Source: Wenzhouxiangella sp.
Lineage (GTDB): Bacteria > Pseudomonadota > Gammaproteobacteria > Xanthomonadales > Wenzhouxiangellaceae
Assembly: GCA_046540955.1 (NCBI GenBank)
Contig: JBKHEF010000013.1
Location: 1,104 to 65,103 of the forward strand
DNA length: 64,000 nt
Direction: 5' to 3'
In this document: positions 25,603 through 35,608 of the stretch, piece by piece
How the letters are laid out: each line of letters starts with the position of its first letter
Position numbering within the stretch: position 1 is the first letter of the stretch
Program-made: the position numbers and the translations under genes
Notes under the pieces: generated by a model
Told to the model about the DNA's origin: nothing
The model's input: the letters and a program-made list of their open reading frames with translations, nothing else
Database searches by the model: none

Positions 25603-28600
25603 ATGGCCACGACCCTGCAACCCCGTCCGCTGGTGACAGCGATTTCTGCAGCACTGTTGACGCTTGGGCTCGGCAGCCTGCCGCTCTATGCCCAGACGGA
25701 ATCCGCCGTTCAGGATCAGAGTGCCGAAAATGAAAGCGCGGAAGCCGCCGACGGACAGATTACCGACCGCGTCGTGGTCACCGGCTCGCGGATTGCGCGC
25801 GATCCCAACCTGATCTCGCCGGCACCGGTGCAGTCGGTGGATTCCGAGGACATCGAATTGTCCGGCGAACTCAACGTCATCGATATCGTCAACGACCTGC
25901 CGGCCCTGCTCGGTTCGGCCAACGCCACCGAAAATCTGGCCTCGCCGGGGGCGGCCGGTGCCGGGGTGCTCAACCTGCGCAATCTTGGTTCGGTGCGCAC
26001 GCTGACCCTGGTCAACGGTCGTCGTCACGTCGCCGGCCTGGCCGGCAGTGCCTCGGTCGACGTCAACACCATTCCGGCCGCGCTGGTCGAGCGGGCCGAG
26101 GTGCTGACCGGCGGCGCCTCGGCGGTCTACGGCGCCGATGCGGTCACCGGGGTGGTCAACTTCGTGCTCAAGGATGATTTCGAGGGCGTCGATATCACCA
26201 CCCAGTACAACCTGTCGGGTCAGGGCGATGCCGATCGCCGCCTGATCTCGGCCACCCTGGGCAAGAACTTCGGCGGAGAGCGCGGCAACATCGTCTTTTC
26301 CCTGACCCATGAGGACACCGAGGGCCTGCTCCAGGGTGATCGCGCCCATACGCGCGGTGATCGGCTCGGCTCAGTCTGGCCCAACCCGGTCCGTTTCATC
26401 CAGGCCGCCGATATCGCCGAATTCGGACTGGACCCTCTTCTGCTGGGTAGCCAGATCGCTGGGTTCTGCGACGATGGTGACGCCACCCTGGGCGCGGCCC
26501 GCGGCCCCTTGTGCAATCGCATCGATGGCGTCCCGGGTCAGAGCCTGCAGCCGTTCGGTCGCTTCAACCTGACCAGCTATGGCTCGCTGATCGGCGTGGA
26601 CTGGTTCGGTGATGAGTTCCTGTCGACCTTCCCGGGCGATGAGTTCGAGGAATTCGGCTCGCCCATCTCGGTCAACCGGCCGCCGGGCGGCCTGATTTTC
26701 GACCTCAACAACAACGGGATCGAGGATTGCCTGGAGACGGTCAACGGCGTGATCCTGCAGCGCTTCGGCTTTTTTGCCGGCTGCCACGTCACCCGCACCC
26801 CCGGTGGCGATGCCGATGTTTTCCAGGACGGCCTGCTGGCTGGTTCGCAGAATGCTTTTGGCGGCGACGGTACCTCGGGCGGGCGTGACGGCCAGTCGAT
26901 CTCTCCGGACGATGAACGCACCGTGCTCAACCTCAACACCCGCTACGACATCACGCCGTCGACGCGCTGGTTCTTCGAGAGCAAGTATGCCCGCTCCAAG
27001 ACCATTGATGATGGCAGCCAGGCGGTGCAGGGCTTTTTCGACTCGCAGGTCATCCCCTGGGACAACCCGTTCATCCCGCAGAATCTGCGCGATCCCATCG
27101 AGGCCTTCGTCAACGCCAATCCCGACCTGTTCGTGCTCGAAAACGTCAACATCCTGGTCGGGCGCGACATGACCGACCTGGGCCAGCGGCGCAGCATTTC
27201 CCGGCGCGAAACGATCCGCTTCGTGACCGGGCTGGAAGGCGAGATCGGGACCGGTCCGTTCAGTTACGAGCTGGCTGTCAACTATGGCAAGACCTCAGCG
27301 GATACCGACTTTACCGGCCTGGCGCTGGACCGCTACTATGCCGCGTCCGATGCCGTGGTCGATCCGGCCAGTGGCGAGATCGTATGTCGCTCCGAACTCG
27401 ACCCGACCGCCCTGCCTCCCGGTTCCTTCCTGCGCAGTGCCGGTCCCTTCCGCGGCTTCCAGACCTTCACGCCGGGCCAGGGCCAGTGCGTGCCGCTGAA
27501 CCTGTTCGGGATCGGCGCACCCAGCCAGGAAGCGGTCGATTTCGTGATCGTCGACATGGCTCGCGAGCGGACCATCGAGCAGACCGTGCTCAGTGGCTTT
27601 GTGGTCGGCGACAGCTCCGAGTGGTTCGAACTGCCGGGGGGTCCGATGGGCATGGTGTTCGGTTTCGAATACCGCGACGAGGAAAGCTCGTTCAAGGCTG
27701 ACGGGTTCGAGTTGCCCCAGGACGATCCGCTGGGTATCGTCGAAGCCGCCTCGCGGGTGTTTCCCATCGATGCCCCGACCGACAACACCTCGGGCGGTTT
27801 CGATGTCCGGGAAGTGTTTGCCGAGGTCTCGCTGCCGCTGCTCAACAACCGACCGGGGGTGGAAGACCTGACCTTCGATGCGGCCTATCGTTACTCGGAC
27901 TACTCGACCCTGGGCAGCACGGACAGCTGGAACCTGCGCCTGTCCTATGCCCCGATCCAGGACATCCGCTTCCGCTCGACCCTGTCGCAGACGGTGCGTG
28001 CGCCCAACATCAACGAGTTGTTCTCGCCGCTGCAGCCGGCCACCGCGCGACCGAGCGATCCGTGTGATGTCGGCAATATCAATGATGGTACCGCCAATCG
28101 TCCCGGCAACTGCGCCGCCGATGGGCTGCCGGCCGATTTCACCGATCCGCTGACGGCACGTTTTTCCGGCTTCACTGGCGGCAATCCCGACCTCGACGTG
28201 GAAACCGCCGATACCTTCACCGCCGGCGTCGTGCTCGAGCCGCGTTTTGCCCCGGGTCTGTCGATATCGGTGGACTGGTACGACATCGAGATCGACGATG
28301 CCATCTCCTCGATCGGGGTCCAGGAACTGGTCAACGCCTGCTACGATTCATCGACCTTCCCCAACCAGTTCTGCGCCCAGTTCGTGCGCGATCGCAATCC
28401 CGACTCGCCGACCTTCCTTGGCTTTGAATCATTTGTCAGCAGCCAGCTGAACTTCGCCAAGATCGTCACCCAGGGCGTGGACTATGCCGTCCGTTACGAC
28501 TTCGAACTGGGCAGCCTGGCCCAGGCGCTCGATACTTACGGCAGCATGACCCTGGGTGTCACCGGCAACTGGGTGAAAAAGCTCGAGCGCTTCGAGGATC

Positions 28601-28962
28601 CGGTCGATGCCAGCATCGTCAATGATCAGCTTTATGAGAACGGCCAGCCCAAGGACGCCTTCAGTGCCTTTGCCCGCTGGCGCTGGGATCGGCTGACCCT
28701 GAACTGGCAGGCGCGCTACTGGGGCAAGTTCCTGGAATTCTCGCCGCGGATCACCAACGACAGTGCCGACAATGTCGAGAACGCCTGGACCGGCGACATG
28801 TGGCGGCATGACCTGAGTGGTTCCTATCAGGCCAACGAGTCGATCCGGGTGATCGCCGGGGTCAACAACGTGTTCGACAAGGCACCGGTGCTGACCTCTC
28901 GCGCGTACCCGGTCGGGATCATCGGTCGCGAGTACTTCCTCGGGCTCAATGCCCGATTCTGA
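25603..28962 (+). CDS. TonB-dependent receptor (standalone)
   Basis: TonB box RVVVTGSR, plug LRNLG..RTLTLVNGRR, VLTGGASAVYGADAVTGVVN, NVFDK, C-terminal Phe; AGGAGA RBS. Confidence 0.95.
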   Translation: MATTLQPRPLVTAISAALLTLGLGSLPLYAQTESAVQDQSAENESAEAADGQITDRVVVTGSRIARDPNLISPAPVQSVDSEDIELSGELNVIDIVNDLPALLGSANATENLASPGAAGAGVLNLRNLGSVRTLTLVNGRRHVAGLAGSASVDVNTIPAALVERAEVLTGGASAVYGADAVTGVVNFVLKDDFEGVDITTQYNLSGQGDADRRLISATLGKNFGGERGNIVFSLTHEDTEGLLQGDRAHTRGDRLGSVWPNPVRFIQAADIAEFGLDPLLLGSQIAGFCDDGDATLGAARGPLCNRIDGVPGQSLQPFGRFNLTSYGSLIGVDWFGDEFLSTFPGDEFEEFGSPISVNRPPGGLIFDLNNNGIEDCLETVNGVILQRFGFFAGCHVTRTPGGDADVFQDGLLAGSQNAFGGDGTSGGRDGQSISPDDERTVLNLNTRYDITPSTRWFFESKYARSKTIDDGSQAVQGFFDSQVIPWDNPFIPQNLRDPIEAFVNANPDLFVLENVNILVGRDMTDLGQRRSISRRETIRFVTGLEGEIGTGPFSYELAVNYGKTSADTDFTGLALDRYYAASDAVVDPASGEIVCRSELDPTALPPGSFLRSAGPFRGFQTFTPGQGQCVPLNLFGIGAPSQEAVDFVIVDMARERTIEQTVLSGFVVGDSSEWFELPGGPMGMVFGFEYRDEESSFKADGFELPQDDPLGIVEAASRVFPIDAPTDNTSGGFDVREVFAEVSLPLLNNRPGVEDLTFDAAYRYSDYSTLGSTDSWNLRLSYAPIQDIRFRSTLSQTVRAPNINELFSPLQPATARPSDPCDVGNINDGTANRPGNCAADGLPADFTDPLTARFSGFTGGNPDLDVETADTFTAGVVLEPRFAPGLSISVDWYDIEIDDAISSIGVQELVNACYDSSTFPNQFCAQFVRDRNPDSPTFLGFESFVSSQLNFAKIVTQGVDYAVRYDFELGSLAQALDTYGSMTLGVTGNWVKKLERFEDPVDASIVNDQLYENGQPKDAFSAFARWRWDRLTLNWQARYWGKFLEFSPRITNDSADNVENAWTGDMWRHDLSGSYQANESIRVIAGVNNVFDKAPVLTSRAYPVGIIGREYFLGLNARF

Positions 28963-28983
28963 GCGCGCCGAATCGGCTCGTTG

Positions 28984-29021
28984 AAAACCCGGGATGGCGA
29001 CGCCGTCCCGGGTTTTTTTTT
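28984..29021 (+). terminator. Rho-independent terminator (likely bidirectional)
   Basis: AAAACCCGGGATGGC-GAC-GCCGTCCCGGG followed by a long T run. Confidence 0.9.
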
Positions 29022-29086
29022 GGACCGATGCTGGCTCCAGCATCGATCCCGGCTGGCGGCCAGAGTGCTGATGCGACGGGGCAGGG

Positions 29087-32000
29087 TCAAGGTCCGGTAG
29101 GACTGACCGCGCTTCTGAGCGCCTGAACCATGGCCAGAAAAGCCTGTTCGAACTCAGCGAAGCGCTGTTTGGCCTGATCAGCCTGGTTGGCCGCTGAGTG
29201 GGCGATGACTTCGGTGGCCAGTTGTTCCAGCCTCTGGTGCAGCGGCAGGCAGTGCTGTCCGGCCGGCGTTGCTGCAGCCGGTGTGTCCAGCCAGCTCACG
29301 GCGGCCAGCCTGGGCGGATGGCGCGGCGAGTGCTCGTCGCTATCGACGGCCAGGTAGCGCTCGAGGCGATCGCGCCAGCTGCGGTACTCGACGCTGGCGG
29401 CCAGCAGCGGCAGATGCGCTTGATCGACCGGTCCGGTATCCAGCCAGCTTTGCGGCGGGTGCCATTCGGCGATCCAGTCGGCCACCTCCTCGCCCGGCAT
29501 GGGACGCGAGATGGCGTAGCCCTGGCCCTGTCGGCAGCCCAGCTGCAACAGCATTTTGCCGTGGGCCTCGGTTTCGACCCCTTCGGCAATGACGTCCTTG
29601 CGGAAGGTTCGGGCCAGGTGGATGACGCCTTGCAGGATGGCCAGGTCATCCGGATCGTTAAGCATGTCGAGGACGAAGCTGCGGTCGATCTTGAGGGTAG
29701 CGACCGGGAGGCGTTTGAGGTAGGTCAGTGATGAGTATCCGGTGCCAAAGTCGTCCAGCGAAAAGTTCACCCCCAGATGATCGGCGGCTTCGATGATCTC
29801 GACCATCGGTACGGCTTCGTCCAGGGCGCTGGTTTCGAGGACTTCAAGTTCCAGATCGCCGGCCTGAACGGCCGGATAGCGGTCGAGAGCGTCACCTAAG
29901 CGTTCGATGAAATCTGGCTGGGTCAGCTGCAACGGGTCGACGTTGATGCTGACCGGGAGTTTAAGACCAGCCTGGCGCCAGGCGGTTATTCGGGCCAGTA
30001 CCGACTCGATCACCCAGTCGCCCAGCTGAATCATCAACTGGTGCTGCGCCAGCAGCGGCAGGAAGGCGGCCGGTGGCAGCAGGCCTTCCTCGGGGTGCTG
30101 CCAGCGGATCAGGGCTTCCATGCCGATCACCCGGCCGGCCTGCATGTCGACCTTGGGCTGGTAGTAGAGAACGAACTCGTGGTCGGCCAGGCCCTGGCGG
30201 ATGCGCTCGATGCGGCGATGGCTGCTGCGCAGGTGCCGGTCGTGCTCGGCGTCAAAGCGGTGGTAGCGATTCTTGCCGGCCAGCTTGGCCTGGTACATGG
30301 CCTGGTCGGCCTGGCGCAGGAGCTGGTCGGCATCGATGCCGTCGCCCTGGGGATAAAAACTGATCCCCAGGCTGGCTGAGATTTCCAGCACGTGGCCGTC
30401 ATGATGCACGGGTTCGGCGACCGCCTGCAGCAGCCGCCTGATCAGCGGTTGCGAGGCTTCGGTGTCGGACAGCCCGACCAGGACCAGGGCGAACTCGTCA
30501 CCGCCCAGACGGGCGACGGTATCGCCCTGGCGGACCGCCCGCTGCATGCGCCTGGCCACCTCCACCAACAGCCGGTCGCCGACTTCGTGGCCAAAGCGAT
30601 CATTGATCGGCTTGAAGGCATCCAGGTCCAGGCAGGCAACACCCAGCAACTCGTCGCGCCGGTCGGTCTGGGCCATGGCCTGCTGGAGGCGGTCGGCCAG
30701 CAATGCCCGGTTGGGCAGGTCGGTCAGCAGGTCATGATGGGCCAGGTATTGCAGTTGCTGTTCGGCCTGCTTGCGTTCGGTGATGTCGGTGTCCGAGCCG
30801 CGCACGCCGAGCAGCTGGCCGTCCGGGTCAAACACCGGCAGGATGGTGGTACTGACCCAGATGATCCGCCCGTCGCGGGTCTGGACCCGGTTCTGGAAGC
30901 CACTGTGGCGGCGACCACTGCGGATCTGGAGCAGCCCCTCGCGCTTGAGTTCCTCACGATCCGATGGCGGCGCCAGATCAAAGAAGTATTTCTCACCGAC
31001 CAGTTCTTCGGGCCGATAGCCCAGCACCTGGGTGACCAGCGGGTCGACGTCGGTGTAGAGACCATCGGTGTCGACCTGCCAGCGAAATGAGCGGCTTTCC
31101 TCGGCCAGTTCGCGGTAATTGGCTTCGCTTTCGGCCAGTGCCTGGATTGCATCACGTCGGACCAGGGCGCCGGCCATGATGTCGGCCACCACCTGGAGCA
31201 TGGCGACCTGTTCATCGGGCCAGCGACGGGTGGAGCGGACCGAATCAAAGCCGATGAAACCCAGCAGGCGAGACTGCTCGCCCAGCATGGGCAGACAGAC
31301 CAGCGACTGGATGGACTGGGCCTGCAGCAGGGCCTGCTCGCCGGCTGCCTCGCTCGGCATCCGGTCGACCTGCTCGATCCGGATCGGCTGCTTTTCCAGC
31401 CATTGGTCCATCCACCAGTGCTTGTCGGCCAGCGCCAGCTCCTGCAGGACGGGCTTTTGCGGCTCGATGCTGCTTGCGCACCACTCATGGGTGTTGCTGG
31501 CGCTGGTCATGCCGGCAGAAAAGCGGAACAGGTAGGCGCGATCGACTTCGAACAGGCGTCCGAGCTCGCCCAGGGCGCGTTCGATCAACGCTTCGAACTC
31601 GGCATGGTCGGCCGCGCTGACGAAGCCGGCCGCGATGTCTGCCACCAGTTCGCGAAAGCGCTGGTTGAACTGCTCGCGCTGGCGCTGCTTGCGCTCCTCG
31701 CTGATCTCGCGGCCGACGGCGAGCATGCCGAACGGCTTGCCGTTTTCGTCGCGCACCAGGCTCGAGGAAATCCGGGCCGGAAAGCAATGGCCGTCGCGAT
31801 GCAGACGATAGCCCTCGTTCTCGGCAAAACCCTGTTCGATCAACCGGGCGATGGCGGGGCGGACTTCCTGTTCAATCTGCTCTGCGGTGTGGAATACGCT
31901 GAGGTGTTTGCCGGTGACTTCCTCGGCGCGATAGCCGTGCATGCTCGCCCAGGCTGGATTGACGAAGCGGATCACGCCGTCAAGATCGGTCAAGGCGATG

Positions 32001-33727
32001 CCATCGATGGATTGTTCCACCGCGGTGCGGAATTCCTGCAGCGCGGCGGTGCGCTCGCGAACGGCGCGTTCGAGCGATTCGCGGCGGCGCACCACCAGGC
32101 CGACCACGGTGGCGAGCATGAGGGTCAGCAACAGGCCGGCCAGAAGGGTGCCGGCTACGGCCAGATCGGACTGGGCACGCCAATACCCCCGCGTCGGCTC
32201 GGCCCGGACCAGAAAGGTTCGGCCGAACATCAGCAGCGGACGCTCGAGCGTCAGTGCCTGAGACTCCGTGCTTCGATTAGCGTCCGAGCGGGCCAGCAGT
32301 TCGCGCGTGCCATCTTCATGCAGCATCCAGAGATCCATTGCCAGAGCGTTATCGGAGGTCGAGTCGGCAAGAAAGTCTTCGAACGCGGCGCTGGTCACGA
32401 CGACCCCTTCGGCAAGGTCTTGTTGCAGCCTGGGCCCCGTTGCCTGAATGATCAGGATCTGGCCGCGCAACTGGGGTGCATGGGTGCCATGCATGGGTGT
32501 CGATGCGGTGGGAAGACCGCTGCGGCGGCTCATTTCCAGCGGTTCACGCAGGCGCTCTACCGAGGCCAGATCGAAGCCCCGCAGGGCCAGCTCAGGGAGG
32601 TGTTCGGTCTGGCGGGTGATCGGAAAGTGATACCGGCGTCCGGTCGCGCTGGCGGGGGGTTCGGTCCCGGCTTCCCAGATGCGGAAATCCGCGCCGTCCT
32701 GGTTGGTGATTTTCTGCTCATGGGCTGTCCGCTGCGCGACCGGCACCGCCGGCGCCCAGGCCCAGTGAAGGGTCAGATTGTTCTGCGCCAGCAGATCGGT
32801 GAAGTGAATGAATTCCTCTTCACTGACGAAGTCGCTGGCCTGGAAAAAGCGCACCAGGCTGCCCATGCCAAAGTCGCGCAGGTTGCGCAGGCCGGTGTGC
32901 ACGCCCTCGGTAGCCTCGCGGGCGAGCAGCTCGAACGAACGCATCTGAGAGGCTCGGGCCTCACCATGGACAATCCAGGCGATCGTGACCGTGAGGGTCA
33001 GCCCGATCGCCAGGGCCATCCCTGCTTCCAGCCGCCGGAGAAGCCCCGAGCTTGCAGCAGGGCTGCGACGTCTTTGCAAGGCGAGCAGCTGGCCGCAGGC
33101 GACAACGATCATCAGGGTCAGCATGGCCAGGGCAATCGGCAGCACGCCGTGGCGCAGGACCTGGCCGCGCCAGTCGGCCGCGTCGATGTCAATACCCAAC
33201 GCCATCTGATTCGGTGCGCTGGCCGGCAGGCGCACCGGCACCAGGGCCGAGACCCAGACGCCCCAGCGGTCTTCGCCCGGGCCGCTGACCAGTGACGCAC
33301 CCGGATCGAAGACCCGAAGCTCCTCGGCACTGAGTTCGCCATAGACTTCGCCGGGCAGCGATTCGTCATCCGAGTCAGGCGGCTCGCTGTCGACCTGGAA
33401 GACCACCGTTCCATCCGGCCGGCGGGCCATCAGGTAGACAAAGCGGTAGCGTGGAAAAGCCGGGCGCAAGGCACGAAGCTGGTTCTTGAGACGCTGGTAT
33501 TCCGATGTTGTGGTATCGGTCTCGATCCCGCTCAATGCGGCCAGCCTGTGCGGGTCCAGGGTCTCGGCCAGGCGTTCGGCCTCGCCCAGCAGTTGCGCCC
33601 GCATCTGCCGGTCGACCTGGTTGGCGGTGAACATCATGGTCAGACCGCCGAGCACGATGATCAGCGCCATCCACAGCAGGGTGGAAGTGCTGGACAGGGC
33701 GCGGAAATAGCTGGTCGGTGATTCCAA
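29087..33727 (-). CDS. Membrane sensor diguanylate cyclase/phosphodiesterase: periplasmic domain-CHASE-PAS-GAF-PAS-GGDEF-EAL-(CZB-like)
   Basis: HHDLLTDLPNR, RQGD I-site, RLGGDEF, MEALIRW, LDDFGTGYSSL, IAEGVET, QGY. Confidence 0.93.
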   Translation of the reverse strand: MESPTSYFRALSSTSTLLWMALIIVLGGLTMMFTANQVDRQMRAQLLGEAERLAETLDPHRLAALSGIETDTTTSEYQRLKNQLRALRPAFPRYRFVYLMARRPDGTVVFQVDSEPPDSDDESLPGEVYGELSAEELRVFDPGASLVSGPGEDRWGVWVSALVPVRLPASAPNQMALGIDIDAADWRGQVLRHGVLPIALAMLTLMIVVACGQLLALQRRRSPAASSGLLRRLEAGMALAIGLTLTVTIAWIVHGEARASQMRSFELLAREATEGVHTGLRNLRDFGMGSLVRFFQASDFVSEEEFIHFTDLLAQNNLTLHWAWAPAVPVAQRTAHEQKITNQDGADFRIWEAGTEPPASATGRRYHFPITRQTEHLPELALRGFDLASVERLREPLEMSRRSGLPTASTPMHGTHAPQLRGQILIIQATGPRLQQDLAEGVVVTSAAFEDFLADSTSDNALAMDLWMLHEDGTRELLARSDANRSTESQALTLERPLLMFGRTFLVRAEPTRGYWRAQSDLAVAGTLLAGLLLTLMLATVVGLVVRRRESLERAVRERTAALQEFRTAVEQSIDGIALTDLDGVIRFVNPAWASMHGYRAEEVTGKHLSVFHTAEQIEQEVRPAIARLIEQGFAENEGYRLHRDGHCFPARISSSLVRDENGKPFGMLAVGREISEERKQRQREQFNQRFRELVADIAAGFVSAADHAEFEALIERALGELGRLFEVDRAYLFRFSAGMTSASNTHEWCASSIEPQKPVLQELALADKHWWMDQWLEKQPIRIEQVDRMPSEAAGEQALLQAQSIQSLVCLPMLGEQSRLLGFIGFDSVRSTRRWPDEQVAMLQVVADIMAGALVRRDAIQALAESEANYRELAEESRSFRWQVDTDGLYTDVDPLVTQVLGYRPEELVGEKYFFDLAPPSDREELKREGLLQIRSGRRHSGFQNRVQTRDGRIIWVSTTILPVFDPDGQLLGVRGSDTDITERKQAEQQLQYLAHHDLLTDLPNRALLADRLQQAMAQTDRRDELLGVACLDLDAFKPINDRFGHEVGDRLLVEVARRMQRAVRQGDTVARLGGDEFALVLVGLSDTEASQPLIRRLLQAVAEPVHHDGHVLEISASLGISFYPQGDGIDADQLLRQADQAMYQAKLAGKNRYHRFDAEHDRHLRSSHRRIERIRQGLADHEFVLYYQPKVDMQAGRVIGMEALIRWQHPEEGLLPPAAFLPLLAQHQLMIQLGDWVIESVLARITAWRQAGLKLPVSINVDPLQLTQPDFIERLGDALDRYPAVQAGDLELEVLETSALDEAVPMVEIIEAADHLGVNFSLDDFGTGYSSLTYLKRLPVATLKIDRSFVLDMLNDPDDLAILQGVIHLARTFRKDVIAEGVETEAHGKMLLQLGCRQGQGYAISRPMPGEEVADWIAEWHPPQSWLDTGPVDQAHLPLLAASVEYRSWRDRLERYLAVDSDEHSPRHPPRLAAVSWLDTPAAATPAGQHCLPLHQRLEQLATEVIAHSAANQADQAKQRFAEFEQAFLAMVQALRSAVSPTGP

Positions 33728-33744
33728 GCCGCCACTATACCGCA

Positions 33745-33979
33745 GCTTCCGGACCCGGCTTGCAGGGCATTGGCGGCGCCATCGACCTGGCCATTCCGGC
33801 CTGGTTGGGTTTCAGCGGCTTGGGGGGCACCGGGCGAGGCGGCCGTCATCGGACTCACGCTGGCCTTGGTCGGCCGGCCCTGCCTGCTGCTGGTGCCGAT
33901 GCTGATCCTGGCCTGGCGCTACCCGCTGGGCCGGCGCGCCCACGCCATCCTGGCCCGGCGCCTGGCCGGCCGATTTTGA
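33745..33979 (+). pseudogene. 3' remnant of a GPH/MFS_2 transporter gene
   Basis: Two frames join near a G6 run (33822-33827): GIGGAIDLAIPAWLGF / EAAVIGLTLALVGRPCLLLVPMLILAWRYPLGRRAHAILARRL*, resembling GPH C-termini; no start. Confidence 0.55.
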
Positions 33980-33990
33980 CAACGCTATCA
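33977..33990. promoter_or_regulatory. LacI-family operator
   Basis: TGACAACGCTATCA; 13/14 identical to the site at 42947. Confidence 0.75.
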
Positions 33991-34114
33991 TTCTGGCTCA
34001 AGCTTGACCCACAAGCCACCAACCAAAGCACCCCCGAGATGGTCACAAGCAAGCTGCCAGCACTGCCCGGGAACCGGACACCGGCCGATCCGGCCGTGTT
34101 TGGAGTCTAAAGCC

Positions 34115-35593
34115 ATGCCGTCCGCCAGCCACGTCACCGCGCCGGCCGACCGCATCCCGTTCGGCCAGAAACTGGTCTACGGGGCCGGGGCCTTTGTCAA
34201 TAACCTGCTGGCCGGTGCCATCGGCGGCATGATGATCGTGCTCAACCTGGCCTACGGCATGAACCCGGCCCTGGTCGGTCTGCTCGGTGCACTGCCGCGC
34301 CTGACCGATGCCATCACCGACCCGGTCATGGGTTATATCTCCGACAACACCCGCTCGCGCTGGGGACGGCGACGGCCCTACATTTTCTTCGGTGCCATCC
34401 TGGCGGGGGTGACCTTCATCCTGCTGTGGCAACTGCCGCCGGGCAAGACCGAGGACTGGTATTTCTGGTACTTCCTGGCCGGGTCTTTCCTGTTCTACCT
34501 GGGCTACACCATCTTCGCCACGCCCTGGGTGGCGCTGGGCTATGAACTGACCCCGGACTACCACGAGCGCACCCGGCTGATGGGGGTGCAGAACTTCATT
34601 GGGCAGACGGTTTACCTGATCGTGCCCTGGTTTTTGCTCATCATGCAGAACGAGCGCCTGTTTGACGGCATGGCCGAGGGCGCGGCGGGCCTGGCGCTGA
34701 TCATCGGCCTGATCACGATCATCGTCGGGATCATCCCGGCGCTGCTGTTGCGTGAGCGCTTCCAGGATATCGCCGAGCGGGCCAATGCACCCGATGTTGG
34801 TGCAGCCGAGAGCATGGTGCGCATCATTGCGCGCAACCTCAGGGAATTCTTCATCGGCTTTTTCATTACCCTGCGGTTCCGGCCGTTTCTGAAACTGTGT
34901 GCGGCGACCTTCCTGGTCTTCAACGGCTTCATCATGGTCGCTGCCTTCCAGTTCTACGTCATCATCTACTATGTTTTTGCCGGCGATACGGTGGCAGGGG
35001 CCCGCTACGCCGGTTACGCCGGCACGCTGCAGTCGCTGGCAACCTTCGGCGTGATCGTGCTGGTGACCTGGATGGGAACCCGGATCGGCAAGCGGCGGGC
35101 GTTTTTCGTCGCCATCGGGCTGTCGGCAGCCGGCTATGCCCTGAAATGGTTCTGCTATACCCCGGACAATCCCTGGCTGATCCTGTTGCCGGCCCCGCTG
35201 ATCGCCTTTGGCCTCGGCGGCCTGTTTACCCTGATGCCCTCGATGATCGCCGATGTCGTCGATGCCGACGAACTCGAGACCCGTCAGCGTCGTGAAGGCA
35301 TGTTCGGATCGATCTTCTGGTGGGTGGTCAAGCTGGGCATGGCCGCCGCGATCGCCGCCGGCGGCTTCCTGCTCAATGCCACCGGCTTTGATGTCGACCT
35401 GGGTGGCAACCAGGCGGCGCAGACGCTGACCCTGATGCGGGCCTTCGACGCCTTTCTGCCGGCGATTGCCTCGCTGATCGCGATCTGGGCCATCGCCAGC
35501 TTCTCGATCGATGAGAAAAAGGCCTATGCGGTCCGGGCGGAGCTTGAACGCCGGCGCGGCCGTCCGGAAGCCCCGTTGCCCGAACCGGCCTGA
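34115..35593 (+). CDS. GPH-family (MFS_2) glycoside:cation symporter
   Basis: DAITDPVMGYISDNTRSRWGRRRPY, ALGYELTPDYHERT, ADVVDADE..T.QRREG. Confidence 0.92.
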   Translation: MPSASHVTAPADRIPFGQKLVYGAGAFVNNLLAGAIGGMMIVLNLAYGMNPALVGLLGALPRLTDAITDPVMGYISDNTRSRWGRRRPYIFFGAILAGVTFILLWQLPPGKTEDWYFWYFLAGSFLFYLGYTIFATPWVALGYELTPDYHERTRLMGVQNFIGQTVYLIVPWFLLIMQNERLFDGMAEGAAGLALIIGLITIIVGIIPALLLRERFQDIAERANAPDVGAAESMVRIIARNLREFFIGFFITLRFRPFLKLCAATFLVFNGFIMVAAFQFYVIIYYVFAGDTVAGARYAGYAGTLQSLATFGVIVLVTWMGTRIGKRRAFFVAIGLSAAGYALKWFCYTPDNPWLILLPAPLIAFGLGGLFTLMPSMIADVVDADELETRQRREGMFGSIFWWVVKLGMAAAIAAGGFLLNATGFDVDLGGNQAAQTLTLMRAFDAFLPAIASLIAIWAIASFSIDEKKAYAVRAELERRRGRPEAPLPEPA

Positions 35594-35608
35594 TCGATCC
35601 GGCTTGTC

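Noticed and set aside
31403-33295. 630-aa plus-strand ORF
   Set aside because: Shadow of the GGDEF-EAL gene
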